Source of the DNA: Octopus bimaculoides
Taxonomy: Eukaryota
Length of the DNA: 64,000 bases
NCBI RefSeq assembly: GCF_001194135.2
Contig: NC_068990.1
Location: forward strand, 3,514,379-3,578,378
Direction of reading: 5' to 3'
Shown piece after piece: positions 56,828 to 64,000 of the stretch. Under the pieces are notes generated by a model. That model saw only the letters and a list, made by a program, of their open reading frames with translations, was not told the origin of the DNA and searched no databases. Position 1 is the first letter of the stretch, and every line of letters starts with the position of its first letter. The translations under genes and the position numbers were made by a program.

Positions 56828-58454
56828 ATAGTTAGCCTCGGCAGACTTCAGCCACGCCTCTGCTGTATTCTTGGGATATTCTTTTGTTTGTAAAATTACG
56901 TTTCATCTGATGATAACGGCTTTTTTTCTCATTCTTCTGTTAAAAAGAAACAGCTGTAATGAGCTGACAATTATCCATCGTATGATTATTATTCGTTTGA
57001 TAGTATACATATATATAGGAACATTATGCGTACATACATGAATAGATAAATATATATATTCATGTGGTGTATGTGTGCTCGTGTTTTCGTGCATGTGCGC
57101 ATGTGTGTGAATGTGTGTATGTGTTTTGTGTGTGTGAGTGTGTGTGTGTGTTACTGAACAACTAAAGATGATGAATATACTTAACGTATATTGAAGAACT
57201 GAATCTAATAGTGAACTGACTTATTTATCAATCTCGGACATATCAAAGGCGTTCTCGACCTCAAGGACTGCCATTATATATTCTGTCCAACACTTTGACC
57301 ATTCTGCCACCTTGTCTTTTTATCATTGTCAACAACGTTACTGTTTAAGAATAATAAATTCGTACTCTACAAAATTATAGAGTACCCCATCAGATTAATG
57401 TAAAATTGTGTTTTATTATCACTGAACATAAAAGCAAATATTAATATAAATAGCTGTGTTCCGATGTGAGTGTTTTCGTAACATTAACAGAAAACCAGGA
57501 AAAAAATTTCAGTAACATCTAATACGCTTCTCTGTGAAAAACATCGATATCTACCAAATACATTACCTAAAAGTACCTGTCTTTCAAACCGGTACGCTCG
57601 AAGATGATTTTTAACTCATCAGAGGCTACATAAATGCGAGATTAACTTTAATGCATTGCAGTACAACAATAGTTTCGCTGCCGAGATTTCTAAGTCAATG
57701 TCAAAAACATTCTTGTTTAAAAATAATAGATATTTGTCTATGATATTTTCCATATATCATACTAATAGCAGCTCACATCTCCGTGCATGAATATTACTAT
57801 CAAGTTAACGCTAATGTTTGCAGTTCTTCCCATGAGTTATGTCATCGCATAATAATAATGTAAGCCATTGAAACAAAATAATAACATTAAATTCTCAGAT
57901 ATTTTTAAAATGATAAATAATTAGTGAAAGAAGAAAAGAAGTCGTGGACACAAATGAAAAAACTATCTATTTAATATGATAAATTGCATTTTAAATATTT
58001 GACTAACTATACTTAGAGTAGTTAGCAGCAGTTATGACATTCTCACCTTGCAGCTGCTCTTTACAATATCCTAATGAATTATGCATACTAGTGGAGATAT
58101 ATCGAAGGTTAAGGTACACTATGATATACATAATTTTAGATATGCTTGATAAAAATGGAAGATAATTGATGATACAACGGAATGTTCTGTTCCCGTTGTT
58201 TTAAATAAGTTCATTTACTAAAGAATATCTACAGATTGATTAAGTATTACCATGAATATTTTATTCACTGATACCAATAAATACCGTGGCATACATATCT
58301 TCATAGATTTCCATACATAGAAAAGATGTACACTTTCTTCCCCAATATATTCAGATTTTTCACTAAGACGAGTTTATTTTCATAATTTTCAAAAGTGTTT
58401 AGAAATTATGACAAAACAATACATTTTATATCATATAGCTATACATGTGTTAAG

Positions 58455-59021
58455 TGCAACAGCGCTGGTTACGCTGCAAGGGGTGCAACACCTTAAGACA
58501 AACGTAAAGAGATTGTGTATGAAAAGAAATGATGGTGGCAGAGGACTAATTAGTATAGACCATTGTATAAGGAGTGAAAGGAAAACGCTTGCCGAATATT
58601 TGATAAATAGTGATGAAGACCTGCTGCAATTTGCTGCGAAAGTCATTTCGAATAAGAGAGACAAAAACTGTCAGATCATTGATGTAGCCATACTAAATGA
58701 GGTGTATGTTGTGAGTAAAACGGTTGAAAAAAATCACCAATACTCCGAATTGAAATTGGAAATGGCAAGACTGTATAGAATGCGAGAGAGAAATGTAAAG
58801 GTGATACCAGTGGTGATTGGTGCGTTGGGCTCAGTCCCATTGAAACTTCGAAGCTTCTTAAGGCAACTGGAAATTCCATACAAGATTGATGTCTTGCAAA
58901 AATCAGCCTTAATGAGCACAGTGCACATCTTAAGGAAAGTAGTATCTGTCTGAGGTCTTTGTTGTGACTTGACAGATTACTAAAGACTCGGTGCATTTTT
59001 ATCTACACTGTGTTACGAAGG

Positions 59022-59104
<83 letters not shown>

Positions 59105-59147
59105 AAGAAGAAGAAGAAGAAGAAGAAGAAGAAGAAGAAGAAGAAGA
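58455..59147 (+). mobile_element. Dong/R4-type LINE 3' end with an internal in-frame deletion, 3' UTR and (TAA)n(GAA)n tail
   Basis: Open frame (ORF track 58408-58953): RLCMKRNDGGRGLISIDHCIRSE...LLQFAAK|VISNKRDKNCQIIDVAI...KVIPVVIGALGSVP...VLQKSALMSTVHILRKVVSV*. It is followed by a ~67-nt UTR and (TAA)n from ~59022. Confidence 0.9.
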
Positions 59148-59291
59148 ATACCATGTGCAAAACAAAATATATGACAACCTAGGCATAACACCTACATGAA
59201 CTTGTAACTTGTTGTCCCTTGAGGTCTGTGAGTGAGACTTGGAGCCAACTTGTACAAACACAAAGCAAAAGTCAAACATATAATAATAATG

Positions 59292-59364
<73 letters not shown>

Positions 59365-60475
59365 TAATAATAATAAAAAGTTTCTGACTTAGGTACAAGG
59401 TCGGGAAACAGTTCATTGCCACAATACCAATTTGGAATACATGCTAGAAGCCTCCAAGGAAGAAAACCAAAATGTAGCTCGTCGGCGGAATGTGAACATA
59501 AAACGCAAATGGCGTCAATAAATATTTTATCCAATGGTGTAATAATTCTAATCCTATACCTTATAACATTGATGTCAAACAAATGGTCATGAATTGAGCG
59601 AAGGGGCTTAGCCGATACTACCCCCACCCCAGTATTGAAGTGGTACTTTATTGTATTGACCTAGGACAGATCAAAGGCAGAGGTGACCTCAGTAGGGATA
59701 GAACTTAAGATGTAAAGAACCGGAATACACATTGCAAGCCATTTTCTCCGGTGCTTTGACAAGTCTGCCATGCTCTGGCTTGACCAAAATAACAATAATA
59801 TATATGTATATTATGCACATGACAGCGTGAATCAGAATGAGTGAAATAAATTCAAATATTAGATAGCATTAGCTACTAGAGAAAATCATCAGAATTTTAA
59901 ATGAATGACCATAAAATCACAAATTACCCTAAAATCACATACTGATGTCTTTAGAGCCAGAGAATATCGTGAATAATGTCTAGAAAAAATATAGAAAAAA
60001 GCTGGATGGCCGCTGCTGAAACATCTTCAATTATTCCGCAGCTGGATCATTGTAAACCTGGGCCTAAACAGGAGGTCATTAAGAGAACATGTTTTAATTG
60101 CTCGACGTGATAGAAATACGAATTAAATCTCCCACGCATCACACACTCTAGTCTCTAAAAACAGCTGGACACATTAGGTGAAAAGTCCATTGTATATTAT
60201 GAAGTATAGTTAATATAGTTACGAACAAACAAATCTGCCTAAATTTATATTCATCCGTTTGAAAAGAGAAGGGTATAGTTCTTATTGCGCTCCTGAACAC
60301 ACAATGCCCGAGAAAAGTACACGGTTGATTATCACTGAAGAACTATTTAGGAAACCCTAAGAGCTAACAGTAATAGTAACAACATCAAGAAAAAAGATAA
60401 TTTGATAAAATTCGTGAACAGGATTTAATGAATTTGGATTACGGGGTGAGAACGCTAAGAATTGATGTGTATCAC

Positions 60476-60900
60476 TGCAATGTTATTACCAGTTCGAATA
60501 TTTCAGCGGTACGTTCTGACGTGTAAGTAAGCCATGCACAGTGTTCTGTCATGGAGAAAATTTTTCCGTGTAAGCAAATGGTGTAAATACACCTAAATCA
60601 GCTCGCAACGTCACCTATCCCTACTGTGAGAAACAAATATTTCGGAATGGTTATCTCCCCGTCAATCACAGAAACCGAACACTGCGAGCTGATAAGAGAA
60701 ACAATCTCTCTTATGTTATTTCAGTCAACATACGTCGGCTGGTAGCGCCAAGCGACGGCTCATCGTAATTACATTACACAGTGTCTCAGTCCACACCATT
60801 TGTTTACAGCCAGACATTTCTTCATAACAGAACACAGTGAATGGCTTTTTTGCAAGTCCGAACGTCCCACTGACGTATTTGAACTGGTAATAACATTGCA
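60476..60900. mobile_element. Foldback MITE with ~110-bp imperfect terminal inverted repeats
   Basis: Left arm TGCAATGTTATTACCAGTTC...AAGCCAT.CAC.GTGTTCTGT.ATG.AGAAA...CAAATGGTGT (60476-~60584) is the reverse complement of ~60795-60900. The outermost 20 bp are perfect. Non-coding. Confidence 0.85.
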
Positions 60901-63900
60901 TTAATAAATGTAGAATATATAGAAATACAAATGGCGGATAGATTGATTAACCGTATTGGAACGTCCAGCTTCGTTCCATCATTACGTCTTTACTTCTAAT
61001 AGGCCGAATTTACTCTGCATTTCATCCTCTGTAGTTATTCTTGCTCCTACTCATGACTCTTAGTTAGGCCCAGATCAGTTCAATCAACCACGTTTATTAT
61101 CGAATAGACGTCGCCTTTGTTGTGTCTAGGTAGACAAGTTCTACGGTTATAATTTCATTTATTGTCTCAGTTTAAAAACCTACTTTGTGTTTCGATCCCA
61201 ATGTGTTACTTTAAAGTATTCCATCTGAGGATAACTTCCTTTCATTCTGTCATTCACAGAGATTTCGAAAAGGAGTCAAGACCTGTCATTGATTCGCCAA
61301 CGCATATCTGTATGTAAGATATGTAGCAGATATATAAACATGTCACTTTTTGCCCGGAGATTGAAAACATGAGCAGCCTTAATCGATTTATGAACCTTAT
61401 TGTGTCCCCATCACAGGTATCTACCCCAGTTGACCAAATCTAGAGAAATAAGCGGACAATATGTCTATATACTCAAGAATTCCAGTAGCTCCACAAAACT
61501 GGAGCCACTAACTTTTATATTGTTTAATACTTTATGTAAAACCGGTGGCTTGTCAATGGGGATCTCAATCTACATGTGTTAACTCTTTACCGATTTATAC
61601 ATAATTTTGTTATGTTCTTGTATAAGAAATCATTATTTAGAAATAGACTTCTCAAAGATGAAGTGACATATCTAAGGCTATTTTTATTGTCTTTATATTC
61701 ATCTCGTACTTGATTCGATGAAGTTTCTTGTTAATATAGTAATCAAATATTGTATGATTGACGTATAGAGCGTTAAGTTTACAACTACGCAATAAAACAA
61801 AACTGCGCATATGAGTTTTATTATTTTACAAAATATATCCGCCAGTCTTTCGTTCGTATGGTTGCAGCAGTCACTTTAGAGACATATTGTCAAATAGTTA
61901 TACAAACAAGCTAAGGATTTTCTTCTTAGAATCTGTCAGCGTATTATTTACAAAGTATTTCAAATTACATAATACTTCATCAGATTACAAGCTATTGCAA
62001 AGATGTTGTTTATTATTATTTTTAATAACAGAAGATAAACGGGTAGAATGTGGCAATAGCTAGATTTAAAACTGTTGAATGCGTTGCTGTAGATGTTTAG
62101 ACCGCGATTCAATTCCTTGTGAGGTCAGCTTCGTTTCCATGGATCAGAAGTCGAAAAACCAAATTAACATGATTAACTCTATACGACGTCACCGAGTGGA
62201 TCTTCCGGGTGATTTTGTCAAATGCAGTATATTTTGCAGGGACACTAAAAGACTTTTAAAAAGGACGTTTTTGTATTTCCCTGTTTTTATTTTTGTTGTT
62301 GCTTAGTCTCACATCACACGTGATAGAGCCAACGTATGATATAAAAGGCAAAACAACCATATCATTTTGTATTTTCCTTTCAGATATAGTGAGTGCAAAT
62401 AAGTATATATTTTATTCAACGTTTCCCCTTTCTTTTTCGGCTAAAACGGAAATATTGTAATTTGGGAATGTCTCAACTATTATTTCTATCTGATCAATCA
62501 AATTTGTAGAAGCCCAAACATTTAGTTTGTGATAATATGGTTTCGACTTTTGAGTAACCTTAACGATAATTAACGAATACCAGTGACATAATTAGTCTCA
62601 TACATTGACACGAATTACGCCATTTGCCAGACAATACCTATGGCAGTATCGAGGGATGAATTCTTATCTAGCATCTCTCCAGAAGGATTCCAACAATGTG
62701 ACGATACTATTTCTTTTGAAAAGTAAAACATAGGTTTGTTTGCTTTCATCGTGTTCTAGCATGTTTTTCTAAATGGTGGGTGTAACGTCCATCTGGGTGA
62801 TTTGTGAACTTTGCTTCAGATCGACACAAATAGAGTCACACCTATGGTCACACCATACTCCAAAATGGCTACACGGCTTTTTAATAAGAAAAAAAAGTCG
62901 TATTTATTGTGTCTATAGTTTTTAAGATCGGTAAGGAGTGATCTGAGAGACACTCAATTGCGAAGAGAAGCCCTGCGTTGGCAATTCAATGTTGGATCCT
63001 TGTGCAAGGAACCTTGGGCAATGCCTGTCGTGGAAAATCAGTTATTTTCCAAGGCTCTGACAGTGAATAGTTCTGCTGACACCATCAACATGTTTAAGTT
63101 TGGAGTTTAAATGTCTCTTTAATCTGGCATTTTCACTTGATTCATGTTGCACTACTATTTTTACAGTAGAATTTAGTTATGTTATATGAGCAAAATTTGG
63201 CTATGAATTGATTTGATTTGATAGAAATCTAATACAAACTATTCAAACGTTCAATTCACAAAAATAGTTTACAGATCGAATTGAATAATCTAAAATGAAA
63301 TATACAACATAATCAGTTATGTCTATTTAAATTGTGTTTTTAAGATGACAAAATATATTCTGAATTGATTTGATTTAGGTTAAAACTTTAGTTTACTTAC
63401 TCAAATGTTTCGTTTCTTCATTCTAATTGATTTAAAATTTATTTGTATCTTAGTTTGGCTTTTGCATAATTACATTTTTCAGTGACTCAAAATGATACAA
63501 TGTATTTTACTCTCTGTGTAAATGATTTTGTATGCTTCTGTTATTTGTATTTTAATATATTTATTATTGTCTATGATGCATTCTGGAAAATATATTTCCG
63601 GAAATCAGACAGACTTTATACAAGGAATTACCAGCTGTTTCGCTCATCTGTCTTTTTCATGCAACAGATTCCTTATACATTTTTTCACCAGAATGCATTA
63701 TTATTCCATTTCAAACTTACATCTAAGATAACATCAAGAACATCGTGTTTTGAAACATACGTAGAATATTTTTCCTCTTTATCTAAAAATTTTCTTCTTT
63801 AAGATGTATTATGCAATATATTTTTCTTCCAATTCAAACTGCTGCTGGAAACTCCAGCGCAATGTAAATCATTGTTATTCTTTGGATTAAGAATGGAAAA

Positions 63901-64000
63901 TATTTCTTATACACACACGCACGCGTACACACACACATACATGCACGCATACGCATACCCAGGCAAGCTCACACATTAGCGTATATATATATATATATAT

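Overview
Eukaryotic, AT-rich, repeat-dominated DNA with several N-gaps and very dense (CA/TG)n, (TA)n, (GATA)n and (TAA)n microsatellites. The SINE families and microsatellite load point to an octopus (coleoid cephalopod) draft assembly; this is inference, not a database result. I could not identify any host protein-coding gene, and almost all listed ORFs are microsatellite or N-gap artefacts. The recognisable content is decayed mobile DNA: (1) a Penelope-like element with RT and GIY-YIG domains bracketed by ~240-bp inverted terminal arms (47380-49118); (2) four Dong/R4-type restriction-like-endonuclease LINE pieces plus two copies of a non-coding (TAA)n-flanked element (~520 bp when full length), clustered at 42.6-59.1 kb; (3) CR1/L2-type LINE 3' ends whose tail is shared with a composite tRNA-SINE family; (4) several L1/Tx1 relics; (5) two maT-like (DD37D) Tc1/mariner copies, one with both TIRs; (6) a foldback MITE with ~110-bp arms; (7) many SINEs. 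A few short splice-bounded open frames might be exons of an unidentified gene, but support is weak. There is no CRISPR array, rRNA or true tRNA gene.
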